Assembly (NCBI GenBank): GCA_965178125.1
Contig: CBCXTV010000009.1
Span: forward strand, 1 to 49,171
Length of the DNA stretch: 49,171 nucleotides
Direction of reading: 5' to 3'
Source of the DNA: Bilabrum cf. latius
Lineage: Eukaryota
The notes under the pieces are model-generated. The model had not been told where the DNA came from and searched no databases. It saw only the letters and a program-made list of their open reading frames with translations. Below are positions 36,226 to 48,788 of this stretch, in pieces; position 1 is the first letter of the stretch, and every line of letters begins with the position of its first letter. A program made the position numbers and the translations under genes.

Positions 36226-37869
36226 ATGAATGTATCGTCATCCGCGCCGTTGTGGGATGACGTGGTTGTCGCGTCGTCGCCCAAGTTGAAGCGCCGGCGT
36301 ATGTCTGCGAAGGGTGTCCTGGCGTCGTCATACATCGACGTCAAGCAAACTCCGTCCATGTCGTCTTCTTCCTCTGGAGCTGCGGTCTCAACTGATAGTT
36401 CCGCTCAGGAGCCTTGTGCCCAGTGGAAGGTTTTAGCCGCGTCCTTGGGCGACATTCCGACGGTGCAGAGCATGCAGAACCGGACCGTCAAGCAGCGTCG
36501 GGACTTTCTGAAAGGTCGGACACGTCTGTTTCTATGGCGAGCCGTAGAGAGAGGTTTGGAGATGCCCGCGGTGCTGCAGGGGACGTCCCTGACGAGTGCG
36601 AAGTCTTTCTGTGAATTTCGTGCCAAGTTTGGTGCATTGTCTTTGGAAGCGAAGAAGACCGTGTCGCAGTTGTATTTGACGGCGGCCAACATAGACCGCG
36701 ATTCAGTCGCCGATCTCCTGATTCCTGACAATGAGACTCGTGGCCCGCGCTGTAGGACCTTTCTGACCTTCACTTCCGCAGAATGGTTTTTTGCGGATGC
36801 GGAGGTGCGTGCGTGCGCATGCGTTGACGACGCTGCGCTTTTGCTCATGCGTCGTGCCGACGTTGTGCGTCTGTGGCACGAGTTTGTTTCTTATGCGCGC
36901 GCGCTTGGCGTGTTCATTGGAGCAACGCACCGGGCCATCTGTGCGGAGATATGTCCGCGGACCTTTCACCGACAGCGGAGCGCTCAAGTGCATTTTCACG
37001 TGTGCTTTCTCCGAGGTGCAGTGCCTGGTTTCCTTCGCGTGGTCAGTCACGGGGAAACGTCGTTTCGTGGCGTTTTCCCGTATATGCGACTTCCCGAATG
37101 TTTTGAGGGCCTGTCGCGCAACGGCGTCGGCGAGTGGTTTCCATACTTTTACTGCTGTGTCAAGAAAGTCGGTCATCTGTGGACCGATTTCAACCGGCAG
37201 CCGTTCCGCGATTATCCTGTGCACGCGCCATGGGTCATGCAGCTGGCCCAGAGCGAAAAGCTGTCGACGGACGCGGCGCGTGTGCTTCTTGAGCGCGTTG
37301 GCATCGGTGCGACTCGGTATCTAGCCCACCTTGATCTCATGGACCGGGCGCGTGCGTGCGAACGGGTGGAAGCGTACCGCTTCGCGTTGCGACGTCGCGC
37401 GTGGAGAAGCGTGCCGGACGTCAAGGGTTGGCTCCGTCAGTACGGCGTTTTAATGGAACGGTACCGCTTTCTAGTCTTGGACGGTCCAACGGGCACCGGA
37501 AAAACCTCGTTCGCGCGGACGTTACAGCCGGAACGGATGTGTGTGTTCGAAGTGAATTGTTCGGGCGACACGTTTGCGTCACTAGAAGATTTCGTTTGGG
37601 AACGGGACGGGTTGATGTTGTTCGAAGACATCAGTCCCGCGATCGTTGTGGCGCAGCGGAAGCTCTTCCAGGCGTCGATGGCCCGTGTACGGCTTACAAG
37701 TTCGTCGTACCATGGGTATCAGTATGAAGTTTTCGCCCATGGAACACGCATGGTGTGCACGTCGAATCATTGGGACACGGGTCTCCAAGCGTTGTCCGAT
37801 GAGGACCGCGTGTGGATTCTTGGCAACCAGATATACGTGTCGGTAAAAGACCCGTTGTGGATGGAGTGA
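36226..37869 (+). CDS. rep: CRESS-like Rep, copy 3
   Basis: Same 599-aa ORF (36070-37869). Confidence 0.88.
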   Translation: MNVSSSAPLWDDVVVASSPKLKRRRMSAKGVLASSYIDVKQTPSMSSSSSGAAVSTDSSAQEPCAQWKVLAASLGDIPTVQSMQNRTVKQRRDFLKGRTRLFLWRAVERGLEMPAVLQGTSLTSAKSFCEFRAKFGALSLEAKKTVSQLYLTAANIDRDSVADLLIPDNETRGPRCRTFLTFTSAEWFFADAEVRACACVDDAALLLMRRADVVRLWHEFVSYARALGVFIGATHRAICAEICPRTFHRQRSAQVHFHVCFLRGAVPGFLRVVSHGETSFRGVFPYMRLPECFEGLSRNGVGEWFPYFYCCVKKVGHLWTDFNRQPFRDYPVHAPWVMQLAQSEKLSTDAARVLLERVGIGATRYLAHLDLMDRARACERVEAYRFALRRRAWRSVPDVKGWLRQYGVLMERYRFLVLDGPTGTGKTSFARTLQPERMCVFEVNCSGDTFASLEDFVWERDGLMLFEDISPAIVVAQRKLFQASMARVRLTSSSYHGYQYEVFAHGTRMVCTSNHWDTGLQALSDEDRVWILGNQIYVSVKDPLWME

Positions 37870-40800
37870 CGACAATATGCCTTTCGCATGCAATGAACAG
37901 CATTTCAGTCATGTCTTCAGCAATATGTTGTCGCTCCGTCCACATGCAGGGCAGAATGGGAGCCGGAGTCCCTACCCATCCCATTGCCCTGCGGGTCGGG
38001 CAGAACGGGATCAGGAGTCTCCTACCCATCCCGCTGTCCGGTGCGTGTGGCACGTTCCGTCTCGATGGTGTGTTCCTCTTTGCGGTGGTACAGCGAATGC
38101 ATGGATGGATCTGCGTTGCGGTTGTTTTACTCTGTGTATAGGCCCGCCTTCGCGGTGACAGTCGTAACAGTTTGCTTGCGAGGCGTGCGGTCGACGTTTG
38201 AAATTGCGTGGTGTGGGTTCGTCACGTGGTTCTTGTCCCGTTCGCTCGCGCCCGCCCGTCCGCGCCCGCTCGGCCGCCCGCTCGCGTTCGCGCGTTCGCC
38301 GCGCCCGCGCGGTCGCCGGCGCGCGCCCGCCTTTGCGCCCTCGTGCGCCCGCCCGTTCGCCCGTCCGCGTTCGCCCGCCCGCTCGTCCGCCCGCGCATCC
38401 GCCCGCCCGCCCGCGCACCCGTGCGCTCGCTCATGTGCGCGCCAGCGTGCCCGTGCGCGCATCCGCCCGCGCGGCCGTCCGTCCGCGCGCCCGCTCGTTC
38501 GTCCGCTCATCCGCCCGTACGCCCGCCCGTTCGTTTGCGCGCACGTCCGGCCGCCTGCCTGTCCATTTGCAGGTCCGCCCGCCCGTGGTCCCATTCGATA
38601 CCTTCGCGCCATGAGATTTCTGTCATGGTTATGCGCACAAAGCCGAAATGACGAAATGAGCTTGTCGCCGTCGTCATTTCGAGATTAGGAAAGTTGCCAG
38701 GTTCAGCGTTCATAGTCGCAATGACATTCAATTGCTGTTCCAAAGGAATCAGCGGTGTGATTCCTGCGCATCACAAATGTGCGAATGCATCCGAATGCCG
38801 ATCGTCCGCCGGGCGAAGACAGCGGACGAGGGTGCGCAATTCATCGATTCCATGCAGGAGCCTACAGGCGCGTGTTTGAGCCTGTTCTCATGACGGATCA
38901 CATTGTAGCAAGCTTGTGTTTTACATGAGGCTTCGCATGGGTGGTTTCGCCCCCACAGCGCTGTCGGCTGGAGACGAATCTGCAAGCGATTGATCCATTG
39001 CCTGTGGTAGGCAGAGTTTGCGAGTCGGGCATCATCGGACCGCAACCAGTACGGAAATTGTAGGCGTGATGCGTTGATGCAGTGTGATGTCAAGGCCATT
39101 GAGTGATGTGCGGCTACGCGTTACATTGGAACGGACCATGACGATATAGTCGTGTTGGCTGGCAGATTCCCTGTTTCGGAGGTTCGGCCTCGGATCTTGT
39201 CGTGTCGCGTTCGCTCGTTGACCAGCCCGGCTTATGCCATGGCTGGCACGTTGGATGCAGCGGCGATAGCGACGCAGAAACGCTCGCGGAACTCGACGTG
39301 TCAGACGGATTCGCGTTTGATGGAAGTGAAGTTTGACGTCCGGGATGGTGTCGTGCTTGTGGCAACTGAGAAGCGGGACTGGTGTGCCAAGTTAGTTTTC
39401 GCAAAGCCTGGCGAAGTCGTGTTGGCGCCCGCTGGTATGCACATTGCAGGCATTTCGGATTGTTTTTCACGCGTGGATAGCTTGATGTGAGGCATGTGCG
39501 ATGAGATGGTTCCGTATGACCAGCTTACAGTGTCTGGTCAACAACGGGCGCACAGACGGTTGTATAAATTGTTGAAGGATTTGAAGCATCGCATTTGTGT
39601 GGTCGAGGCAGCATCGTTTGCCGACGGTGCGGCTGTTCCGACTTCACGTGTGCGGAGACATACTTCTCCCACATGTGCCAGAAGAGCGTTGTCAACGTTC
39701 ATGTGTGTCTTAGCGCTCGAATCGAGGATGCTGGGCATTGTGTGGCAGACATCACTCGCTCTTTTGTTTTGGGGCAAGCAATCAGGAGATGGTGGAACGC
39801 CTTATCTTTTCTGAGTCGGCGGATCGTTTGCGTGGTTATTTTGTGGAGTGGACGCATCCGATGGAAATACAGGATCCCATCACCACCGTGATGGACACAG
39901 ACTCGTCGGGGTGCGACGACGGGCCGCACGGCACCTCCCAGTAAACGAGCCTGTCGCCGTTCGGGGGGCCACGCCGCCGTCACCTCAGCGCAAGCCGTCG
40001 TGGCGCGTTTCAAGTGGGCGGCGTGAGCGGCGCGAGGGACTTCTCGCGCGAACGATCACAGTCGAGGCTCGGACTGGGGCCGTGTTTTGAAAAGCCCGTG
40101 CGCGTTCGTGTTTTCCCGTTTTTGTGCCTCGTTCCGCCCGTCTGCCCGCCCGCCCGCCCGCCCGCCCGCCCGCGCCCGCCTGCCCGCCCGCGCCCGCTCG
40201 CCCATCGTGCCCGCCCGCCGGCGCCCACCCGCCCGCCCGTCCGCGCGCCCGCCCGCGCTCGATCGCCCGCCCGTCCGTCCGCGCACATCCGGTCGTCCGC
40301 CCGCGCACGCGCGCGTGCCCACCCGCCAGCCCGCCCGGCTGCTCGTCCGGTCACTCGGTCGTTCGCCCGTTCGCCCGTTTGACCGCCCGCCCGCCCGGTA
40401 GACGCATCGAGATATGTTTCATGTCCGTCATGTGGGTTTCCTTTTCCCGTTATGCACGACGATCTTTAAATAGCGGTTCGTGTATCTCGTGCTCCGGTCA
40501 GTTGGATGTCGTTTGGTCGTGAGGGTGTTCGGGCACAGTTCGTTTGGGGACAACTGGCGGTTGTCGCCACACGCGTTGTGGCGTCGACTCTTCGATCTCG
40601 TTGATTATGGCTTGAAAAACGATGACGGAAGCCACAGCGGGTGGTAAGTATCTCCAAAGGTGGAATCATGTGTACAGTGTTGCTCGATTTCAGCCCCGTG
40701 CGCCAAAAAAAACGGCCCCAATTTCGGTGCTGCTTTCGCCCCCGAAAAGCGAGCACGAAAAGTGAAGCCCGACTGTATGGTGCTGTCGCGTTTCATTTTG

Positions 40801-40963
40801 CGAGCGACGTAAAACACGGTTCGAAGTTCGTATGAGGAAATTTTGGATGCTGATGCAGGCGAGCGTGTAGAAATTCGGTTCCGCGCATTCACTGCGTTTT
40901 TACGTGCGCGCTCATACATGGCTTTCAGGAAAATCCCGTTTGTGCGCATGCGTTGTCGCCCAC

Positions 40964-41353
40964 ATGGCGAGCGATACCCACGCGCGTTGGGTCACAGCCC
41001 AATTGCAGCGGCAAGTCGGCACCCAGAGTGGTGCCCTTACTGTCGATTCCGTGACTTGTCTCGGTGAGCGGCAGGACGACGGAAGCACCAGACTGGTGGT
41101 GCGGACAACGTGGCGCGTTAACGTCGAGCGCCCGCCGGGTGTGCTCACGTTGCATGCGCGCATCAACGGCGCGGAGTTTCTTCCCTTCGTGGCTGGACGT
41201 GCCGGAGATGGCACCGTCCCCCCGAGCGGCGAGTTGTGGAACGACGAGCGCCGCGCTGGCGAGGCGCGGCGCGCGGCGCGTCGCAGCGCGGACTCGACCA
41301 GCGGTCGATCGCGCTCACCCCCGGCGCCTGTGTGGCAGCGCCGCGGCGGCTGA
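40964..41353 (+). CDS. orphan 129-aa protein with Arg/Ser-rich tail (RSRSP)
   Basis: Open MASDTHARWVT...GRSRSPPAPVWQRRGG; frame conserved with the tandem-unit homologue. Confidence 0.55.
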   Translation: MASDTHARWVTAQLQRQVGTQSGALTVDSVTCLGERQDDGSTRLVVRTTWRVNVERPPGVLTLHARINGAEFLPFVAGRAGDGTVPPSGELWNDERRAGEARRAARRSADSTSGRSRSPPAPVWQRRGG

Positions 41354-41949
41354 TGCGGTGAGTGATCGCGTCGAACTAAAACGAGCCTTTCGCCGTGGTT
41401 CGGCGTCATGTCCAGAGGGGTCCGGCGCGCGGGCGCGTGCGATGGCGTGGATGCCGTCGGCGCCTTCACGACTCCTGCAGCGGGCGGCTGTTCAACTCGA
41501 GGATGAATGCACATTGTCATTTTATGCATATGAGCGTTGAAATTTCCAATTTTCATTTGTTGCGGGTATTTGGCGATTGGTTTTGTTTCACAGCATGAAA
41601 CATGTCGGAAATGCTGGTGTATGCGGAAGATTGCAGATTGCACATATTCATGTCGTGACATAACATGTGCTGACGTATGTGAACGCTGCGGAATCCATGT
41701 CCGCCCGCGCTTATCGCGTCATTTCTTTACTGGGATGGATTCCGTCCGGGCCCACGCGCGTCTTCGCACACCGATGCCGAAGAGGAAGAAGCGTCAGCCC
41801 GACGAAAGGCATCGGCGGCACATGGCTGCCGGTCCACGCAGCGCACGCGACGGAGCTCCAGCGCAGCGGGGAGGCCACGCTGCAGGCGCGTCGCGGAGCG
41901 CCGACACCGGCCGGAAGTCGCGCCGCAGGAAGCAGAGCCAGCGCGAGCG

Positions 41950-44025
41950 ATAGTCTCGTCATCGATTTCGATGACATTCTTGTCGATGCCGGATTGTCAG
42001 CGCGTGATGAGATCGGTCATCTCACGCGCAACAGAAGTACCTATGCGGACTTCGAGCCGCAGAGGTTCGTCCACATGGTGAACGGTCGGCCAGTCGTGGT
42101 GCTCCCATGAAGCAGTCGTAACATGACACGCATTCTTTTGTGCCGAGCATTGGGTCTTACGCCATTTCGAGGAGCTGTGATGTGTGGCGTGATTTCACGG
42201 GACAGGACATGTCGGTCAATGCACGAACTTTCGCAATTGTGAACCGGGGAACGAGCCCTTGCCGCCCCGTTACATGCCGGGAAACGAGCCTACCGCCGTC
42301 CCGTGCATAAGCTCGTCACATGTCTCATTGGCTTTTTGAGCAATCGGACCATTTCTTATTCCAGGCGCTGATTGTGACGCACTTCGGCGCCGACCCAAAC
42401 GACGCCGGGACATACCTGGCGGAGAAGCTACTGCCGCTGCAACCACTGGTTTGCATCGCGCGGACGACCGCGTTGCAACCAGGATGCGATCGGTCGACGA
42501 CAGTGCGAAGCTGGTGGGAGGATGGTAGCACGCATTAGGAAAGCATGGAGTCATCACAGTGTGGATCGTGTTTGGCATCAGCATTTGACGTGATGTGCCA
42601 TTGTCGCGGACAACAGTCGTGCCAGCGGTGGCGTATACGCGCAATAGTACATGCCAGTGACCCCATGTCGTATGCTCAGGACTACTTCATCCCGCTGGCG
42701 CTCGACGAGCGCTGGCCCGATGACGTCCTCTTTTTGTGCTTCGAAGAGGATTTTCGCTTCGAGCCGGACGCGGCGCCGGCGCCGAGACCACGCGGAAGCG
42801 TGGCGCTGGAGCTGCAAGCGATGCGCGACGCAGGCAGGAGCCTCCAGCCCCCTGCGGTGGCTCAGCAACCGCAGCCGGACCGACGGCTGAAACAGGCGGA
42901 TGAGCACGTATTTTTTGAAGGAGGAAGGGTCACTTGGCATGATAGCGTGAAGAAAGGACAGGCATGAGCCTTTCGCCACCTGTGATGATCGCACAGTCGC
43001 CGACGAACTGACGCGACGTGCACGTGCATGAGTACGCATCTTCTTTCCATTTCCCGAAGTTGTCGCACCCATATCGCAGGCGGGCCACTTCGTCGCGATC
43101 CAGTTGCGGCCGACGGAACGCCACATCGCGTGCCCACAAGTTCTAGAAGATGTGTGCGCCATAGCAACGCAAGCGCATCGTGCGAGCTGCGGTGATATCG
43201 TTTGGAGCGGGTGGGCGTGCGGCCAGCCGGGGACAGAACGTGCGCGATGAGGCACAGTTTGGCTTCGGATCGCAGTTCATCATGGTGACGAAGAGCGGCG
43301 CGACGACGATGATGGAGTCCATGAAGAAACCCGATGAACTCGGGGAACCCGAGGGCACTGGGACCTGGACTTGAAATGGTTCCTTGGAACCAAGGGCCGA
43401 GCGGCCCGAGCGTGCTACGTCGTGCCCGGAAATCGGCGCCTGCGTGGAGCATGTGTCCCATTGCGACACTGCACATGGACCAGGTTGGGTGCGCCCGTCC
43501 GCGTGGACAGAACGTTGGGTGTGCCCCAGGAACGCGCCGCAGTCAAGACCCCCGCGGACGGCAGAAGTTCCTCGCGAGCTTCGAGAAGAAGGGCAAGTGC
43601 CAACGTCTCGCGACGCTGGCCGACGCGGCCTACGCCGGCCGCGCACCGATGGCTCAGCCATTGGGCGTTCCCGGAGCCCATGCCAGCGTGGGCCGTAGGC
43701 CCAGCGGACGCGGACGCTTGGTTCGCCGATCCGCGGGCGCTGCGGCCGCCGACGCGCGACGAAGGTGGCCGATTTTCCTTTTTCTTTTGGGGCTAAGGAG
43801 TTGAAACGTCCGTGCTATAGCGCTGAAAAAAAACGGGGGGAGGGCGGGCGTCCATCACATCACAGGCGAGGCGCAGTCGTCCACGACGAAAGGCCGCGGC
43901 CGCAAGGGAAAAGGCGGCGGACGGTCGGGTCGGAACGAGCCTTCTGCCGCCGATCCCACCGTCGAAAACCGTCGGTGCCGACTCGTCAGGGGCGCCGCGC
44001 ACCAAGCGCGAGCAGCGCCGTTTGA
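41950..44025 (+). pseudogene. fragmented glycosyltransferase-like (GT25-like) gene, probably multi-exon; limits approximate
   Basis: Ordered fragments LFLCFEEDF, CGDIVWSGW, FGSQFIMVTKSGA, GHWDLDL and CYVVP resemble the GT25 pattern EDD / D-x-x-x-L-G / Y-x-x-(S/T)-x-x-GA / D / Y-x-x-x-P. Confidence 0.4.
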
Positions 44026-46508
44026 GACAGATCGGCCAGAGCTTCGGTACCGCTACTGGGTGCGCAACCCGACGGAGGCGAAATACAGGGGACTCCACAA
44101 TTCAGGAACCTATCAAAACAATTTCGGCACATGAGTGTTGCGATGATAGCATTCGACAATGACGTCACGCCAGTCCGCGCCACACTCCAAAATGGCATCG
44201 TTTTCATGTCGAAGCAACAGTGGCTCGACGAAGGCCGGACTATCTTGCGGCCAACCGTGTCCGCACGATGCGAAACGCGTGCGCACGTGTGAGGGTTGCC
44301 GGGTAGCACGCTAGCATACAAAGGCTGACTTCGTGTACGCCGCGCGGAACAGCATCCAGCGGCAGCCGCTGGACGCGAACGTGGCGTACGCGCGCTGGAG
44401 CCGGCAGCCGGTGCCGCTGCCGCAGTGACAGCCGTCGACGACGGCGAGGCCTTCAGAGAGACTCTTGTCCCGCATGATGCTGCGCAATCAGCAGACCTAG
44501 ATAACATGGGAATGCGAACGCGTAATGGACCAGTCACATCTCATGCGTTCCGACATTTTGTGCAGGTGACCATCCGCGCGATTTGTCCGCTCCACCATCT
44601 CCCCCCCTTACCAATCACCAGCCCCGCCTCCCGCCCCGACTGACCCCACGCACACTCCATCGACACCCCCCCCCCCCCCCACCAGCATCATCCCGCCACT
44701 ATCCCGGCCTCCCCACCGCCAGCCCAGAGTCGTTTCGAGCAGCCGATTTGCACCAGGCACGGGAAAAGCCCGGTGATGCAACACGCTCAAATCTTCCATA
44801 CCACTATAGGATAAGCGACCGCACGAGAACCGAACCCGGCGCTCCACAATCATCCGGCTTGTCGGTTATTTTTAGGTCTCGCATGTTCCGGTCGCAGCAT
44901 GAATACTGTCGGGTTATGTCGAGAACCGCAAGTTAGTCAGGGTGCATTCGTTGTCATGTCAGTGCGACGAAGACCGCACAAAGAAACCGATTTGCGTAAC
45001 AGCCGACCATGCTGCGCAAACCATGCGACGGCCAGCGAATGTGTGTGTGCGAGCTCGCGACAAGCACGCTAGCATATTGAGGTCGCGCTCCGATACGCTG
45101 CGAGTGACGGCATTGGACCACGACTGCGGAACGCGAACGGGTTGCACGCGCACTGGAGTCGCCGGCCGGCACCTTTGCCGCCGAGGCAACCGTCGACGGC
45201 AACAAGGCGCGAGGACGGAACAAGCTCTCACCGGACGGTGCGTCGCCAGCACGGCTACGCAACTCAGGCGCGCGAAACCGACTTGGATCGAGCGCATGTG
45301 ACGCGCTCCGACATCATCCACAGGCAACCACACGCCCGACCATCCGTCCTAACCCTTTCCTCGTCCCACCACGTTCATCCCCACCCCACCCGCCCCGACA
45401 CACCCACGCGCACGACCAAGCCACCCCCCCATCCACATACTTCTCACTCCCTCCCACCGGTCTCCCGTCCCGCAGCCCCGACCACCCCAGGGCGCATCCG
45501 GAACCGTGTGGGTCGTGTGTAAGGTGTGACACGATCTGGGATGCCAAGGCTTGTAAGTCAATGCACATGCTTTCGAGATTGTCAGCCGAGGAAGAAACCA
45601 TCACGGCTCCATCTTCAGCCGGGAAACGAGCCTTCAGCCGTCCCGCGTATGAAGTGGTCTCATGTCGTCAGTATCTCCGTTGCGCAATCAAGGGTTCCTT
45701 ATGTTTGGCGTAAACGTGCTCGCCCGCCCGGACCCGCCCCGCCCGCCCGCCAGCGCCCGCGCGCCCGCGCACAGCCGGCCCGCCCGCCCACCAGCGTCCG
45801 ACCGCCCACCCGCAAGGGCCCGCCCGCCCGCCCGCCCGCGCCCGCCCGCCCGCCCGCCCGTCCGCCCGCTCGTCCGCCCGCCCGCCCGCGCAGGCGACCG
45901 CCCGCCCGTGCGGGCGCCCGCCCGCCCACCCGAGCGCCCGCCCGCCCGCCCGCCCGCCCGCCCGCCCGCGCGCCCGCCCGCCCGCCCGCCCGCCCACCCG
46001 CCCGCCCGCCCGCCCGCACACCCGCCCGCCCGCACGCCCGACCGCCCGCCAGCCCACCCGCTTGCCCGCCCCGCCCGCCCACTGGTGACGTTGGCGAAAC
46101 GACAGTTTTCGCTGTGCCCATCTCCACCATATCGAAATGATGAAACGAGCCCGTCGCCGTCTTCATTTCCATCTCAGCATGCTCGCAGAATCGATCAGGC
46201 ATAATCGCTCCGGCAATCAATTCCGGGAAAGTGAAATCACCCGCAAGTCTACCGCGCACGGCAGGGCGCGCGGACATTTGCACACGAACGACCGGCCGAG
46301 CAACGACAGCACAAAAGTGCACGCGACACACCGATACCATGCACCAATGCACGGGCGCATGTTCGAAAGGGGGCTCCGGATCGAGCACACTGTCGGAAAT
46401 GGGCCTTGACATGAAACTTCCCATCAGTGGCTCGCCCCGTATTGCTCTCGGCTCGAGACACATCCTCCTTCGCTGTGTACGATCGAATCGTACCACCATA
46501 CTCGGGCC

Positions 46509-48425
46509 ATGGAAGCGACAATCGCGTCGCTCGCGAACGCGATGCGGACGCTTCAGCAAGCAGTTCGTCGTGCCAGAGAGCAACACCGGCGGCAAACAGC
46601 TCGCATAGCACAACTGGAGGGGCAACGCCCGCTTTTTGGCGGTCATCGTCGACGTCGTCACCGCAGAAGCTTATCTGCGTCAGAAGTGGCGGAATGCACC
46701 GGTTCCGACTCTTGACGACGCGATCGCAAATCTTCGTGCATGGCACGCTACTCTTACGGAAGACGGTGTGCTCCGAGAGCAACAACGTCCATGGACGCCA
46801 GAGCGTCTACAAGCTGCCACGATGACATCGCGGTTCTTGCGAGAACATAATCTGCACAGGTGGGTTCACGAGCAGAACTTCGCCAATACACTCGCGCCGA
46901 CGACGAACGTTTTCCTCGAGATTACGCAGGCTCACGGGTACCGATCCGCAGGAGCAGGACCCGAGGCATCTAGAAGAAGACAAAGCATCCGACAGTGGTG
47001 CCGACGCTGGCGGCGACGCTGGCAGGTGTCGCTCGGAGCCGTGCCTCGACTCGATGCAGAATGTGTGGATCGACGACGCCTAAAGGCCACCGGACAGTGG
47101 CAAAAACACGTCCGACGTTTCACGAAGGAAACCCAAAACGGGGCCATATAGCGGCCCTGTGGTTTCGGGGTCCTCACATATAGAACAAATACACTCTGGA
47201 CCGCGGAAAACGCCCCCCAAATTTGAGCAAAAAGCCGACCCAAACGAATTTCGAGGCACGTGCGGTGTGGAAATGTGCAACTTCTTGCGGGCCTTCGCGC
47301 CGCCGGACAAGTGCCCGGTCCACGTGAACATGGACGAAACGAGCATCTGGCTGACGGCAGTTTCACAGGCAGGTTTTCTTGTGGAAGAGGCCCGACGCCG
47401 AGTTCGCGCAGCGGGAGGCTTGCGTCAACCGACCCCGAAACGTGAGATGCGGAGCATGATCACACAAATCGTCTGCATCGCCAACAACAGCGACATCCAA
47501 CCGCACTTGCCGACCATATTCCTCTTCTCAGACCGCATTGTGAGTCGCGAGCAATTTGACGCGCTCCGCCTCGCGCTCCCTCCGAATGTGCTTCTCTTGC
47601 GAGGCGCAAAGGGGTGGATGACCACCAAATTAATGTGTCGCGCGCTGCGCGTGCTCGCGGATGCCGTCCATGCATTCCGAGACACGCATCATTTTACTGT
47701 TAGCGCGGACACGTATCGAGCTCACCTGGGTCGCGCCGTGTGGCATACGGCATCTCGACTCAATTTCCACTACCATTTAATCCCCGCGAAAATGACGTGG
47801 GCGCTCCAGCCCTTGCGACACGCACGTCTTCGCAATTTACAAGCGCGCCATAGAACATGAATATCAGCTCCGCATCGCGCGCGCGCTGCCGCGCGAGCGA
47901 TGGCCACATGCGCTTTTCCACGCCGTGCTGACGGCATTCGAACGTGTCATACGGCGACGCACGTGGGATCAAGCATTCCACAGCAATGGGCTTGACGGCT
48001 CGCAAGTAGGTGTGTCAAAACGCGTTCTCAGCTTACTGCAGTGGCAAACAGTGCCCGAGGATGTGCATGAGTGGCCATCGTTCCATGATTTACAAAGTGT
48101 CTTCCCGGATCGTAGCATTGTCGACATCGATGCTGTTTTCGCAACTCTGCTGCATGGCCCGCGAATGCATAACATTCCACGCGCGCATCGCATGACATAC
48201 CGACGTCGGGCTGAGCGTTCCCCTATTGCCACCCGACGCGCGGCGGCCGCGACAGCGTCAGCCGAGTTAGTCCCAAAGCCCAGCACACCGGCGCCATGGC
48301 GACCCAGGACGCCACCAGCGACGCCGACAGCGATCACGGAACCGTCTCGCCACCGCGATCCCCGGGGGGTGCGCCTGGGACCACGTCCGTCGATGCCGTC
48401 ATCGACAAAGGCGAAGAAGCTGTAA
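46509..48425 (+). pseudogene. pogo-like DD35D transposase, diverged copy (predicted intron 47086-47255); frameshifted as read
   Basis: NMDET, GWMT, DTYRAH and LQP motifs; intact AG acceptor; TGG where tandem copies have TGA; small frameshifts near 46620, 47275 and 47812 (decay or sequencing error). Confidence 0.85.
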
Positions 48426-48788
48426 TGGTCACAGCAGAAGCGCAAGAGGTAGAAGCAGCGCCGGCAAAATCGGAGGCATCGGACCGACCAAAGCCTCCGG
48501 CAATGGTAGAGAGCGCTGAGACTTTGCTCGAGTACATCGACCGCATGAGAGCGGAGAAAAAACAGAGCGCGCGACCTGAAGAAGGAGGTCGCGAAGAACC
48601 TCAAAAACGCAGAGAGAAGAAAGGCGAGACTGAAGCGCAAGGCGCGTCAGTTGAACGACGAGGATCTCGTCGCAGTGCTGCAGATGCGACAGAATCCTCC
48701 GCAGGCGCGACCCGGTTCCTCCGGAGACGCAGTCTCCGCGACGGCTGTCAGGGCCCGTACAGCGAAGGCAAAAGCCAAGAAGGGTTGA
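48296..48788 (+). CDS. small basic coiled-coil protein, diverged copy (one frameshift near 48560)
   Basis: MATQDATSD...ETLLEYIDRMRAEK/ RDLKKEVAKNLKNAERRKARLKRKARQLNDEDLVAVLQMRQ... Confidence 0.55.

Larger units (their letters stand above)
29298..40776. repeat. tandem unit, copy 3 (truncated at unit position ~11490)
   Basis: Matches copy 1 up to ...gtgaagcccgactgt, then switches to diverged sequence. Confidence 0.95.

Noticed and set aside
1-40776. Array as a pure amplification artefact of one circle
   Set aside because: Copies have SNPs and a 9-bp insertion and run into a diverged relative; not fully excluded without reads
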